From the IMG/VR virus record IMGVR_UViG_3300031963_000006, positions 1 to 64,000 of that record: 64,000 bases of DNA. One strand, 5' to 3'. A model generated the notes under the pieces. It was given only the letters and a program-made list of their open reading frames with translations. It searched no databases and had not been told where the DNA came from. Shown here piece by piece: positions 1 through 9,707 of this stretch. How positions within the stretch are numbered: position 1 is the stretch's first letter; every line of letters starts with the position of its first letter. The position numbers and the translations under genes are program-made.

Positions 1-1
1 T

Positions 2-439
2 CAAACACCTACTAATACTGCAACACAGACAAACACTCCTACTCAAACACAAACACCTAATGTAACTTCAACTCCTAACCCAACTCCAACACCTACAAAA
101 ACTCCTACAAAAACTAAAACAATGACTCCTACTGTAACTAGAACGGAGAATTATGTACCACCAACACAAACTCCAACACCAAGTAACACACCAACTAGAA
201 GCGTCACACCAACCAGAACACCAACTAAGACAAAAACACCGACTGTAACACCAACTAAGACAAAAACACCGACCGCAACAACTACTAAGACGCCAAATGT
301 GACTCCAACAAATACAAAAACACCAACTAAAACTAAGACACCAACACCAACGGCAACATCGGCGTTAGAACCACTTACAATAGTTTACACATTAACCGAC
401 CCGAATAATTTCAATTTAAAGGGTGTAATAATAAAATAA
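2..439 (+). CDS. C-terminal part of a Thr/Pro-repeat (mucin-like) putative virion protein, 5'-truncated by the window
   Basis: The frame of track ORF 122..439 is open back to base 2 ([15 protein letters not shown]...). It is TPT/TKT repeats followed by a short non-repetitive tail. Confidence 0.8.
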   Translation, partial: QTPTNTATQTNTPTQTQTPNVTSTPNPTPTPTKTPTKTKTMTPTVTRTENYVPPTQTPTPSNTPTRSVTPTRTPTKTKTPTVTPTKTKTPTATTTKTPNVTPTNTKTPTKTKTPTPTATSALEPLTIVYTLTDPNNFNLKGVIIK

Positions 440-460
440 AATAAATAAAAAACAAAAAAA

Positions 461-1333
461 ATGTCATTACTTTATACATTTAGTACGGGTTCAACTGAGG
501 TCTACTCATTACCTTCTTATAGTTCAGTAACTTCGGCTCAAACGGTTAGTCAGATTAATAATATAACTTCTGTAAACTCGGTTTATAATAGTACTTATCA
601 AAAAATATTTGCAGGACCTTCAGGTGGTAGTTCAATTACCGGTTTAACCATTTATAATTCAGGCAATACTAAAACAGTAATAAACATATCGGGAACTACT
701 TTCGGTATCGATGTTGACAATACCAATGATTTGGTTGCAATAACTAAAACAGGTCCAGGCGAAGACGTTGTTGTAGTTGTTGATGCTTCGTCAAATACCG
801 TTGTAAGTATAATTGATGTTGTTGAAAACGGTTCATACAAAGGAGGTATTGCATCAGACAATAATGGATATTGTTATGTGGTTGGTTCTTCAACCGTAAT
901 GACAAAAGTAGATATTATAAATGGAGTTACGGCGGATACAATAAATATAGGAGGAAGTGGTGAAATCAATAAAAGAGTACTTTTTGATGGTGTAAATAAT
1001 TTTATATATGTTTTGATTCCGGAATCAGGAATAAAGTCTTTTGACGCCAGCGATAATAGTCCACTTGACACACTTAGTATAACCGCAAATACAGATTTTT
1101 TTGTATTTAATCCTGATAAGGAATATATTTATCTTGGTATTGTAACAGGAGGAACTAATGATTTTACCATTACAACAATGGATAAAAATTTATCAATAAT
1201 TAGTGAAACATTCATTTATTCAGGAGCAACAACAGCTTATGACCAATCTGTTTTTGCATTTTATTCACCTGACACCCAATATTTATATGTAGGTGATGTA
1301 AACTCGGATAGTATTTTAGTGTTAACAACATAA
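461..1333 (+). CDS. YVTN-type beta-propeller repeat protein
   Basis: Repeated beta-rich blades such as GIDVDNTNDLVAIT...VVVVDASSNTVVSIIDV, YCYVVGSSTVMTKVD and FVFNPDKEYIYLG. Confidence 0.6.
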   Translation: MSLLYTFSTGSTEVYSLPSYSSVTSAQTVSQINNITSVNSVYNSTYQKIFAGPSGGSSITGLTIYNSGNTKTVINISGTTFGIDVDNTNDLVAITKTGPGEDVVVVVDASSNTVVSIIDVVENGSYKGGIASDNNGYCYVVGSSTVMTKVDIINGVTADTINIGGSGEINKRVLFDGVNNFIYVLIPESGIKSFDASDNSPLDTLSITANTDFFVFNPDKEYIYLGIVTGGTNDFTITTMDKNLSIISETFIYSGATTAYDQSVFAFYSPDTQYLYVGDVNSDSILVLTT

Positions 1334-1354
1334 AAATTAAAATAAAAAAATAAA

Positions 1355-1570
1355 ATGGCAGACATTAATCCAATATATTATTACGGTGACATAGCCGGAG
1401 CAAACGCTCCTCTATCGGCTGGAACCCCAAATGAAGTTTGTATCGCACTATGTGACCAAAGTGTGGTTACAGTTGCTCCTCCTCATCCTGTATGGACTAA
1501 CTTAGGTGGAAAAGCGGTTGTTGAGTTAAATATGGTTGCACTCGGAGGTACATTTGGTTTAAACGGATAA
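1355..1570 (+). CDS. small hypothetical protein, 71 aa
   Basis: ATG after an A-rich leader; fills the gap between co-oriented genes. Confidence 0.65.
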   Translation: MADINPIYYYGDIAGANAPLSAGTPNEVCIALCDQSVVTVAPPHPVWTNLGGKAVVELNMVALGGTFGLNG

Positions 1571-1576
1571 TTAATT

Positions 1577-2080
1577 ATGAAGAAAGTAGTAAGATTAACA
1601 GAATCAGAATTAATTAACGTTATCCAACGTATTATAAAAGAAGGTCAATCCGAAATTGATTCAATTTTGGATAAGATAAACCGTGTTGGTTTTGATGGAT
1701 TAACTCCAAAAGAACAATCATATCTCAGACATTATTCTGAAACAGGAGAATATAAAGATGATGAGGAACTTGTAACAAGGTCTCAATCATTTGACTATGA
1801 ACATAGGTTTTCAGATAACATAGGTGGAGTTGATATGACATTTAAATACGAATCAACTGAGGATACTCCTGATGAGATGATTCACAGTGGTTATTTGGAA
1901 ATTAATAACGATGAGTTCTATGGTGAAATTTATTGTGACACAGATGGAACTTACTCAACATGTAATTTTGAGGATGGTGACGGTGTAAATTTATTTGAAA
2001 AATATGAAGGTTTGGAACATGAAGTTGAGAATTTTTTAGATAACGTATGTGAAGAAATAAAAGGAAACGAAGCGGTTTAA
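1577..2080 (+). CDS. acidic phage protein with N-terminal MKKVVRLTESELINVIQRIIKE motif (putative head-packaged protein)
   Basis: The N-terminal LTE-helix-E motif is shared with several other ORFs in this window. Confidence 0.7.
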   Translation: MKKVVRLTESELINVIQRIIKEGQSEIDSILDKINRVGFDGLTPKEQSYLRHYSETGEYKDDEELVTRSQSFDYEHRFSDNIGGVDMTFKYESTEDTPDEMIHSGYLEINNDEFYGEIYCDTDGTYSTCNFEDGDGVNLFEKYEGLEHEVENFLDNVCEEIKGNEAV

Positions 2081-2081
2081 A

Positions 2082-2543
2082 ATGAAAGACAACAAACTAC
2101 AAAATCTAATTAAAAAAGTTTTAGAAGAGCAAACTTCTGATAGATACATGTTCTTTTCTAATTTAGAACAAATGAGAAGACAATGTGATATATTGTTAAG
2201 TAAAAATAGAGATGAAATTGATTCTATTTTGGACAACGGTCACGATTGGGCTCAAGACCATATTGCTGAAGCGAAGAATAATATGGACCAAGTATTTGAT
2301 TTTTTAATGAATGAAACCACCGATGAAGGTGATTTAGATGACCAATCAGATGAAGAAGAAATGGTTATGATGGAGTCAGAAATATCTGAAAAAGCAAAAA
2401 AAAATGTACCCACTAACCCTTCGTTATGGAAAAAATCATTAGATTGGGCAAGAGCTAGATATAAAGTTTGCCCAAGTGCATATTGTAATGGAGCTGCTGC
2501 GAAACATTACAAAAGTAAAGGTGGTAAGTGGAGGAGAAAATAG
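2082..2543 (+). CDS. phage protein with basic C-terminal domain (...PSAYCNGAAAKHYKSKGGKW)
   Basis: N-terminal KLQNLIKKVLEE motif, helical middle region, acidic linker and a Lys/Arg-rich tail. Confidence 0.7.
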   Translation: MKDNKLQNLIKKVLEEQTSDRYMFFSNLEQMRRQCDILLSKNRDEIDSILDNGHDWAQDHIAEAKNNMDQVFDFLMNETTDEGDLDDQSDEEEMVMMESEISEKAKKNVPTNPSLWKKSLDWARARYKVCPSAYCNGAAAKHYKSKGGKWRRK

Positions 2544-2581
2544 TCTCTTGAATTTTAACAAATTATCCTTATTATTAGATA

Positions 2582-3010
2582 ATGAATAAGAGTAAATTAA
2601 AGGATTACATCTTTATTTTTGCCATTATATTACTTTTGGCATATATTTTCTTTTTGAAAGATAATTTTAAACATGAAGTTGAGTCAACTAAGGAGGTTAA
2701 TACATCACATCAAATTAACCAATTAAGAGATTCTATTAGTATATTAAGATTATCAAATAGAGAATTATTACTTTCATTTTTACAAAGAGAACGTGATTAT
2801 CAAGATGAAACTATAATAAATTATGAGACAAATATTACAAAAGTCACTCCTTCTTTTGGTACTTATGTTGACCATGATAGGGATAAACTTTGGTCAGACC
2901 ATACGTCCCAAGAGGATAGTGTTCCAAGGGGACACTGGGATATTCTTAACCAAAAGACAGGAGGGAGAAGTATTAAAGAGATTAGCGTTGAGGGATTCTT
3001 ACAAAAGTGA
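2582..3010 (+). CDS. membrane-anchored coiled-coil protein (i-spanin-like candidate)
   Basis: N-terminal TM helix YIFIFAIILLLAYIFFL followed by a helical segment; overlaps the next ORF by 188 nt. Confidence 0.55.
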   Translation: MNKSKLKDYIFIFAIILLLAYIFFLKDNFKHEVESTKEVNTSHQINQLRDSISILRLSNRELLLSFLQRERDYQDETIINYETNITKVTPSFGTYVDHDRDKLWSDHTSQEDSVPRGHWDILNQKTGGRSIKEISVEGFLQK

Positions 3011-3350
3011 GATAGACTCAATTTTTAAATACTCAAGTGATTGTACTGATGCTCTCTTATTATCAAGAGAAGCATTTTTTGGTTTATTTGATAATTACAA
3101 AGATTTGGAGGAAGAGGCCATGAATTCTGCATTAAAAAATCAGAATTTAGAAAGTCAATTAGAGCAGGCTCAAGAAAAAATATCACAAGAACAAAAAAAG
3201 AAAGTTAGGTGGAAAAGAGCAACTGTTGGTACTAGTATTGTCGCAGTTGGAGCTGTGGCTGCGGTTGTTACAGGGGTATGGTTACCTGCTTTAGCAGTTG
3301 GTGCCGTAGTAGAATTGGGGTATATTTTAACACCTAAAAAGAATAAATAA
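2823..3350 (+). CDS. signal-peptide coiled-coil protein with C-terminal hydrophobic segment (lysis accessory/spanin-like candidate)
   Basis: Hydrophobic leader LLLLVLMLTMIGINFG-Q, heptad-like EEEAMNSALKNQNLESQLEQAQEKISQEQ, and hydrophobic C-terminus SIVAVGAVAAVVTGVWLPALAVGAVV. Confidence 0.6.
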   Translation: MRQILQKSLLLLVLMLTMIGINFGQTIRPKRIVFQGDTGIFLTKRQEGEVLKRLALRDSYKSEIDSIFKYSSDCTDALLLSREAFFGLFDNYKDLEEEAMNSALKNQNLESQLEQAQEKISQEQKKKVRWKRATVGTSIVAVGAVAAVVTGVWLPALAVGAVVELGYILTPKKNK

Positions 3351-3401
3351 TTTTTGTGGGATTAGAGTTTTGTCGTATATTTGTACCACAAAACACCTAA
3401 T

Positions 3402-3824
3402 ATGTTAAAAAAGTTAATAATCCGCTACAAGTTATTCCTTAGAAAAATTAATAAATTTACTTCTATGGAATCTGAGTTATCAAAAGTTAACACAAGTCAA
3501 TGTACCTTTATTTGTCGTAAATTAATTCATGACAAAAATTCAGAATTGTTGATTGCTCCAATCTCTGAAAAAATGTACATTAAAAATCAAGAATTAGGTA
3601 TATTCATAACTAAAGACGGACATGAGGTAACAATTACTAACCATACGTATAGTTATTTTATTAAACTCAGCCCAAATCAATCTGAAAAACTAAATAATTT
3701 CTTTTTTAAAGAAATGGAAATTAGGGCTAAGATTATGGAACGTGAGCTTGAGGGTCAAATTAAACACTCTTTAGATAAGATATTCACAACTATAAGTTCA
3801 TACGAATCAGAGACCGTTGTTTAA
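3402..3824 (+). CDS. hypothetical protein
   Basis: Track ORF starts at TTG 3381; the in-frame ATG at 3402 is preferred. Its end overlaps the convergent minus-strand gene by 18 nt. Confidence 0.65.
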   Translation: MLKKLIIRYKLFLRKINKFTSMESELSKVNTSQCTFICRKLIHDKNSELLIAPISEKMYIKNQELGIFITKDGHEVTITNHTYSYFIKLSPNQSEKLNNFFFKEMEIRAKIMERELEGQIKHSLDKIFTTISSYESETVV

Positions 3825-4526
3825 AACTGTGTCGATAAGTCTCTTTATTTGACTCTCAGTAAGTTTAATCTGTTCGTTTTGTTTTTTTGGTTTGTATGAA
3901 ACCATAGTTGGTGAATTACCCGTTCCTGATTTTGGGTTACTTTTTTCAGCTCTTCTTTTTTGTTGGCAGGCGGCTCTTTTTTGAGCGTCTGTCATTTTGG
4001 AGGCAACACCTGCTGCTCTACATTTAGGATAACCTTTTGAATCCGCCTCAGGTCTACCACAAGGAGGATGACCACCACCTTCTTTTTTTCTACATATATT
4101 AACCCATGGACCTTTTGGTTGTTTACTTCCCTTAGGTTTCTTTTTAGTACCAAACCAAACACCTAAATCCTCTAATACAGTACTTTCAGTAATCTCAATC
4201 CATTCATTAAGTTTACCAGGTGTTGGATTGATTATATCACCGTCATCGTCACTAATTGTTGGATGATTTTTTTTATAGTTCGATATTTTATTGGATTTTT
4301 TTTCCATTTTTTTAATCTTTTTTTTAGGTTCGTCCATGTGTCCGTCTAAACTATCGTAGTTTAATTCGGCATTATTATATTTTGATACTTGAATTGAAAA
4401 TGGAGATAATTGATTTTTATCAAATTTTTTTAATCCTGGTTGTATAGGAAGACTATAAGAACCTCTACTACCATTTTCAGAAGTGGCTTCGGTTAGGTAT
4501 TGTATAATTTTATTTTTTAAATCCAT
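3807..4526 (-). CDS. basic Cys-containing phage protein (WF...W..IC...PCGR...YPKCR domain) with LTE motifs
   Basis: Track ORF 3807..4532 (TTG); ATG at 4526 preferred. Lys-rich, with C-terminal IKLTESQIKRLIDTVL. Confidence 0.7.
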   Translation of the reverse strand: MDLKNKIIQYLTEATSENGSRGSYSLPIQPGLKKFDKNQLSPFSIQVSKYNNAELNYDSLDGHMDEPKKKIKKMEKKSNKISNYKKNHPTISDDDGDIINPTPGKLNEWIEITESTVLEDLGVWFGTKKKPKGSKQPKGPWVNICRKKEGGGHPPCGRPEADSKGYPKCRAAGVASKMTDAQKRAACQQKRRAEKSNPKSGTGNSPTMVSYKPKKQNEQIKLTESQIKRLIDTVLNNGL

Positions 4527-4555
4527 TAACAAAGTCTTTTTTATTGACTATAATT

Positions 4556-4564
4556 ATAAATATC
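4556..4564 (-). promoter_or_regulatory. GATATTTAT motif (putative late promoter) upstream of 3807..4526
   Basis: Plus strand ATAAATATC at 4556-4564. The same motif precedes many putative structural genes. Confidence 0.45.
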
Positions 4565-4577
4565 TAATTACGGTAAA

Positions 4578-4817
4578 ATGGAAAATATCGAAAACAAAGA
4601 ATTCGGCAAATTATTTAACTCAGTTTCATTAATAAGTGAAGAACATTTGGAGTTAATATTAACAACAATGTCTCAAAAAGAATCGATTTATTTATTGGTG
4701 CAAGCTGTTAAGCACGCTCATCATTTGGGTACTTATTCTATCGGAGAAACTGAGGTAATATCTAAAGCAATCAGAGTTATCTCTAAAATAACCGATGATG
4801 AACCAAATAATATTTAA
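4578..4817 (+). CDS. hypothetical protein, 79 aa
   Basis: ATG with A-rich leader; fills the gap between minus-strand genes. Confidence 0.6.
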   Translation: MENIENKEFGKLFNSVSLISEEHLELILTTMSQKESIYLLVQAVKHAHHLGTYSIGETEVISKAIRVISKITDDEPNNI

Positions 4818-4819
4818 AT

Positions 4820-5488
4820 TTAAGCAGTAGTTGTATTAGTTGTCTGAGTACTACCTGTTACCGGTGTTGTTTGTTTCGCGGGAAACGCACTACAACCTTC
4901 AAATACAGACTCGTCTCTAACAATAAATCCGTCAGTTATACATCTTCTTAAAGCGTTACATAAATCTTGACTTGCAACACCTTCTTTAAACGGATTTAGA
5001 GGAGTTACCGCTCTACCAATTGTCCTACACATTTCTTTAGTTAATTTGGCCTGAGTCTTTGCCCTTTCCGCTTCCATTTTGGCTTGAGTTATTGCTAAAT
5101 CCGCCAGTTCTTTTGTTTTAATATCAGCAGTTAATTGAGCTAAAGTTGAGGCGATTTTTAACTCAGGTTTTGGTGCTTCAGGTGATGAGAGTTGAGTAAC
5201 TTCTTTACTTTTAATCGGAGCCAAATTAGCCGCGGCATCCTTCATTTGTTTTCTATTTTCAATTTCACCAATAGCTTGAGTAATAGCCGAATAAGTCATT
5301 TTACCAAATTTATTATCAGCACCAGTTTTACCTAACATATCACCATAACCCAATTTAACTAATTTGTTTTGAATATCTTGTAATGTTACTGGTTTTTCGG
5401 CCGCTTGTTCTAAAACAATATTTTTTTGAGAGTATAAACTCACTATTTCATTTTTATCTTCTTCTGTTAAAATAAATCTTTTGTTCAT
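4820..5488 (-). CDS. peptidoglycan-binding (PG_binding_1-like) domain protein
   Basis: LQDIQNKLVKLGY...ADNKFGKMTYSAI matches the PGBD pattern; N-terminal FILTEEDKNEI...VLEQ motif. Confidence 0.65.
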   Translation of the reverse strand: MNKRFILTEEDKNEIVSLYSQKNIVLEQAAEKPVTLQDIQNKLVKLGYGDMLGKTGADNKFGKMTYSAITQAIGEIENRKQMKDAAANLAPIKSKEVTQLSSPEAPKPELKIASTLAQLTADIKTKELADLAITQAKMEAERAKTQAKLTKEMCRTIGRAVTPLNPFKEGVASQDLCNALRRCITDGFIVRDESVFEGCSAFPAKQTTPVTGSTQTTNTTTA

Positions 5489-5498
5489 TTTTTTTATA

Positions 5499-6371
5499 TT
5501 ATTGAGAGAGTTTATCCATTATCGCCTTTAACGTTTTTGGTCCTAAAATTCCATCATCTTTAACTCCTACCTTAGTTTGTAAATCTTTAATTCTTGTAAC
5601 ATTTGGATTTTCTTGGCCACCACTAACTACTGGTTCTGGTTTAGGTTGGACGGTTTGTAAAAATATTTTATCCTGACAACTCCAACTAGATTTTGTACCA
5701 TCAGGAGATACTTTAGTACCGTCATTATAATACCAATAATCACCAACAACATAAGCTACTTTTTCCTTATTATTACCATAATAGACTACCTCAGCTAACG
5801 GGTATTCGGTTATACAAGGATAATTTTCCTTGAATTTTTTTAATTCTGAATTTTGTTTATAAATTACATCTTCTGAAGACTTTTTAGTAGTCTTCCAAGA
5901 GTCCCATGTTCTCACAATTTCGCCGTCACGACCCCTCACTGAAATCCATTCGTTGAAAACTTTTACAGTTGTCAACCACTCTTGAATTTGAGTTTTTAAC
6001 GAATTACTTTGATTAAATTTTCCTCTGAATTCTCTACCATCAGACATTTTTATTGTTATTGTTTTTTGGTCGGTAGACCAACTTCCGGTAACAATTTTAT
6101 TTTTATAATCATTTTCAACTTTAAAATCAATATAACCATTTGGGCACACATTACAAATTAAATTATCATATTGTGGACCGTCAAAAATCATAATTTCAAC
6201 ACATCGATTTTCGAGAATTTCTTTTTTTCCTAAACCTATAGAATCAGCTACTTTAAAAGCGTCCCCTTCCGAGGTTTGTTCATTAATTAAATAATGGTTT
6301 TTTGTTGCCGATTCATGAAGACCGAGTATTCTATTTTTCTCTTCTTCAGTTAATACAAATAAATTTTTCAT
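5499..6371 (-). CDS. protein with C-terminal peptidoglycan-binding (PG_binding_1-like) domain
   Basis: C-terminal IKDLQTKVGVKDDGILGPKTLKAI. Start at ATG 6371 (MKNLFVLTEEEKNRILGLHE) preferred over track start 6407. Confidence 0.7.
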   Translation of the reverse strand: MKNLFVLTEEEKNRILGLHESATKNHYLINEQTSEGDAFKVADSIGLGKKEILENRCVEIMIFDGPQYDNLICNVCPNGYIDFKVENDYKNKIVTGSWSTDQKTITIKMSDGREFRGKFNQSNSLKTQIQEWLTTVKVFNEWISVRGRDGEIVRTWDSWKTTKKSSEDVIYKQNSELKKFKENYPCITEYPLAEVVYYGNNKEKVAYVVGDYWYYNDGTKVSPDGTKSSWSCQDKIFLQTVQPKPEPVVSGGQENPNVTRIKDLQTKVGVKDDGILGPKTLKAIMDKLSQ

Positions 6372-6386
6372 GAAAAATATTTTATT

Positions 6387-6395
6387 ATAAATATC
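6387..6395 (-). promoter_or_regulatory. GATATTTAT motif upstream of 5499..6371
   Basis: Plus strand ATAAATATC at 6387-6395, 15 nt before the ATG. Confidence 0.45.
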
Positions 6396-7857
6396 ATAAA
6401 TCCTCAAAATATTTCAAATTGACTATTTGAAATTTTATGGTTCTTTTATATGTATTTATTTCCCCACTACTTTCAACTTTCATATCGATATAATATTCAT
6501 TTGGTATTTTATCACGAGTATCAAATATGAAATAATATTCGTTTGGGGTTCTATTTAATTTTGTCCAATCCTGTACTTGAACTTCTGTTTGACCTTCTCT
6601 AACATATACTCTATAAAAAGCGTCAACATTAGGTAATAGTTTTTGAGTGGTATAGGCTTGTTTTATTATAACACCTACTTTTCTAATATCGGTGTTATAA
6701 ATCTTTTCATCTTGTTTTAATCCATAGAAATCAAATCCGTATAATTTAGGGTCTTGAGATTTTGGTCCGATTTGGATTGATTTTTTCATCGGATACACCG
6801 AAAAAGTGTTGGTTACATCACCAATATCAAATCCATTTAAAATTAGATTTGTCCATTTGTCAGTAAACATACATGGAGTTTTATATCCCGCCAAAGGAGG
6901 TAATGTGATTTCGTAAACACCCTTGGTTCTTCTACATGAAGTTAAACCTGTTAATCCGACAATACCTCTCCCATAAGCGTCCAAAATTGACACAGTTGGA
7001 TTCACATCCAAATTTATTGGGTTTCCATTATCGAATAGATAAAGGTATAGTTTATTAACTTTACCTAACACAAATTCATTCCTATCGTCTTCGATTAAAT
7101 CATCATATGTTGTTTCCAAAAATGGTTCGTAAAAAGTTTGGGTGTGTCTTGTAAAAAATTGAGTTTCGTAAGCTTCAGTTAATCCTGCTAAATTCTCAAT
7201 TTCAGGTACATATGCAATTCCCCATCCTGAAACACCACTCAACGAACCATTTAAAATTGAATTAATTTCATTGGTCATATCAAAACTAATGTTTTCATTA
7301 CCAAATTGAAAATGTTGTGTGTCAATAATGGTTAAACCACTGTAATTAACAAACCCCTGATTTTTGTTATTATAAAGTCCTGGTTCAGACCATAAATCAA
7401 TAGTAGTTCTTTGATACCAATTAGTAGGTCTTACTGAGTAAGATTCGTCAAATTCACTAAATTCGTAAACCAAATCCCCGTAATCATATCCAACACCCTC
7501 ATCCCAAATTTGGTTTGTTGGTATTCTAAATAATATTAAATCAAATGACGTTGCTCTTTTTCTGTTTTGTGATGTGTTTTGGTTTAATAAGTCATCACCA
7601 CCAAAAAAACCTGTGTTTGTCATTCTTAAAACATGTCTAACACTATCATTACAATCTAATGTAATGGTCCCATAGTCGACTTTTTCCGTTAATAAAGAAA
7701 GGTCTAAATCGAAAATGAAACGACTAAATCCTTCAGGATATTGACTAATGGTGGTTGACCCATAAAATAGTTCTGTAACAGGATTTCTTCCCGTGTTTAC
7801 ATAACTTCTATATATGATGGTGTCGTTTTTACTGAAATAAGAGTTATTTATTGACAT
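6394..7857 (-). CDS. putative structural (baseplate/tail-associated) protein
   Basis: 487 aa, beta-rich, with a C-terminal Ig-like segment; adjacent to the gp5-like gene. Confidence 0.55.
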   Translation of the reverse strand: MSINNSYFSKNDTIIYRSYVNTGRNPVTELFYGSTTISQYPEGFSRFIFDLDLSLLTEKVDYGTITLDCNDSVRHVLRMTNTGFFGGDDLLNQNTSQNRKRATSFDLILFRIPTNQIWDEGVGYDYGDLVYEFSEFDESYSVRPTNWYQRTTIDLWSEPGLYNNKNQGFVNYSGLTIIDTQHFQFGNENISFDMTNEINSILNGSLSGVSGWGIAYVPEIENLAGLTEAYETQFFTRHTQTFYEPFLETTYDDLIEDDRNEFVLGKVNKLYLYLFDNGNPINLDVNPTVSILDAYGRGIVGLTGLTSCRRTKGVYEITLPPLAGYKTPCMFTDKWTNLILNGFDIGDVTNTFSVYPMKKSIQIGPKSQDPKLYGFDFYGLKQDEKIYNTDIRKVGVIIKQAYTTQKLLPNVDAFYRVYVREGQTEVQVQDWTKLNRTPNEYYFIFDTRDKIPNEYYIDMKVESSGEINTYKRTIKFQIVNLKYFEDL

Positions 7858-7872
7858 TAAAATGTTTTATCA

Positions 7873-7881
7873 ATAAATATC
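7873..7881 (-). promoter_or_regulatory. GATATTTAT motif upstream of 6394..7857
   Basis: Plus strand ATAAATATC at 7873-7881. Confidence 0.45.
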
Positions 7882-9493
7882 AATTGATTCTGATTTCTTG
7901 ATTCAGAATAGTATTTTCAGCGTCGGCAAGTAATTGGTCTATTTCTAAAGTTGTCTGACCGTTACCTGATGAAACAGGAACTGGAGGACTTGGAGCAACT
8001 GGATGAACGTGACCTTTAACAAATTCAAATATCTTTCTAAGTAGTTTGATTAATTCATCACCTCTAACTGTTGGGTATGTTTTTTCTTGAATTCCGCCAG
8101 GTTTAGTGAATTCAATATCAGGTATACCGTATATTGTATTTGTTAAATCAATTCTTCCCTTAGGACCTGTAATATTGTGAGATAATAAATATAATTTTTG
8201 CCCGCCTAATACGGAATAAGTAACCGGACTAGAAAAAACATCAATTTTAGTATCTTGTCTCCTGTTAGTTTTAGTAGAAGGTCCTATTGTAGGTATATTA
8301 TTTGTGTTATTAGAAACTACAAAACAACCGGTTTGAAAATTGTTTGATTTGACCTTTATACCTTTTTGTAATTTGAAATAATTAACACTTTCTTGAACGT
8401 CACTTGGGTCGACATGTTCTGATAATGTTAGACCTTCTTGATATGTAATTTTAGATGGTGAAACTGCAAATGGAAACCTATCGGCATCTTGGAAATTAGA
8501 CCTACTATTCACAACACTATCATTATATAATACAGTACCATCAAATACACTATCGATAAATGTATTAAATGTATAAATTACTTCCTCAATTGTTTTATTT
8601 GAAAATCTAATACCCTCTATTTCATTTCCGTAATCGGTCCCCGAAGTTAAAGTACTAATTGACCCCAATTTAAAATTATCAGTGGTCGCACTTGTAGTCT
8701 CTAACATTCTATGGAGTGTTATACTACCTGAAAAATTATTGGCCGAGTTTCCTAATACACCACTATCAATATTCCAAATTATAATTCTTTTTAATTTAGT
8801 TATAACTTTACTAACATCAAAGTTGGTTTCAGTTTCTCCTTGGACCGTGGACGATAAAAAATTAGATAATTGCAAAAAAGCCCTACTAGTTTTTGATTTA
8901 GGATAATCTTGGGGAGTTAAATCACTAGTTACTGTTTTACCCGCCCTTATTAGAACTTCTTCAGGTTTAACAATAACATCGGCACTACCTCTACCTAACA
9001 GAGCGTTATCACCCGGCTCGGGAAATATTCCAGAACTAACATCATCGTTATATACATTAAAATTATCTTTTAAATTTATACCTAATTTATATCTATCACC
9101 AGCCGATAAAATAGATTCAGATGACGGTCTCGTTTCAAAATCAGAATTCATCGGGGACGAGAAAGGCCCTTGGATATAGAACTGATTACCAAACAAAAAC
9201 TTTTTATTTTGATAAATTATATGGACATATTCCCCTTCATCAGGGACTTGACTTATATAAAAAGGTAATAAAGGTAGAAATACAAAAATATCATTCTCAC
9301 CCCACCAAAATTCTGGTTTTAAATCCCTTTCATCATCACGTAAATATGTTTTGTTAACAGATTTCAACATCTCAGAAACATACTCACTATAAATAGGTTT
9401 CGCTCTAACCCTACCTAACATTTTAGGGTCATATCTACTTATTACTTCACCAGGAAATATTATTTGATGTTCATTATTTTTATTTATGTTCAT
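7880..9493 (-). CDS. baseplate hub / central spike protein (T4 gp5/VgrG-like OB fold)
   Basis: N-terminal GEVISRYDPKMLGRVR matches the gp5 OB motif G.V....DP...GR.R. C-terminal PTVRGDELIKLL...GHVHP resembles a spike tip with an HxH motif. Confidence 0.7.
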   Translation of the reverse strand: MNINKNNEHQIIFPGEVISRYDPKMLGRVRAKPIYSEYVSEMLKSVNKTYLRDDERDLKPEFWWGENDIFVFLPLLPFYISQVPDEGEYVHIIYQNKKFLFGNQFYIQGPFSSPMNSDFETRPSSESILSAGDRYKLGINLKDNFNVYNDDVSSGIFPEPGDNALLGRGSADVIVKPEEVLIRAGKTVTSDLTPQDYPKSKTSRAFLQLSNFLSSTVQGETETNFDVSKVITKLKRIIIWNIDSGVLGNSANNFSGSITLHRMLETTSATTDNFKLGSISTLTSGTDYGNEIEGIRFSNKTIEEVIYTFNTFIDSVFDGTVLYNDSVVNSRSNFQDADRFPFAVSPSKITYQEGLTLSEHVDPSDVQESVNYFKLQKGIKVKSNNFQTGCFVVSNNTNNIPTIGPSTKTNRRQDTKIDVFSSPVTYSVLGGQKLYLLSHNITGPKGRIDLTNTIYGIPDIEFTKPGGIQEKTYPTVRGDELIKLLRKIFEFVKGHVHPVAPSPPVPVSSGNGQTTLEIDQLLADAENTILNQEIRIN

Positions 9494-9705
9494 TTTGTTT
9501 TGGTTCTATCTTGATATTCTGATAAAAGTTTGTTGTATAAAACTTCTAATTTATCTAAATGATTAGTTAAATCAATAATTCTTTCTTTAGTAAAATTAAA
9601 GTCTTTTTGAATAAAATCCATCGCAAAAGTTAAATCCTTATTTGACGATGATTTATATTCTTTTATTATCCTACTAGTTTTTTCCGAATCTTTTATATCA
9701 ATCAT
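9490..9705 (-). CDS. small coiled-coil protein
   Basis: 71 aa, helical; 4-nt overlap with the next gene suggests translational coupling. Confidence 0.7.
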   Translation of the reverse strand: MIDIKDSEKTSRIIKEYKSSSNKDLTFAMDFIQKDFNFTKERIIDLTNHLDKLEVLYNKLLSEYQDRTKTK

Positions 9706-9707
9706 AG

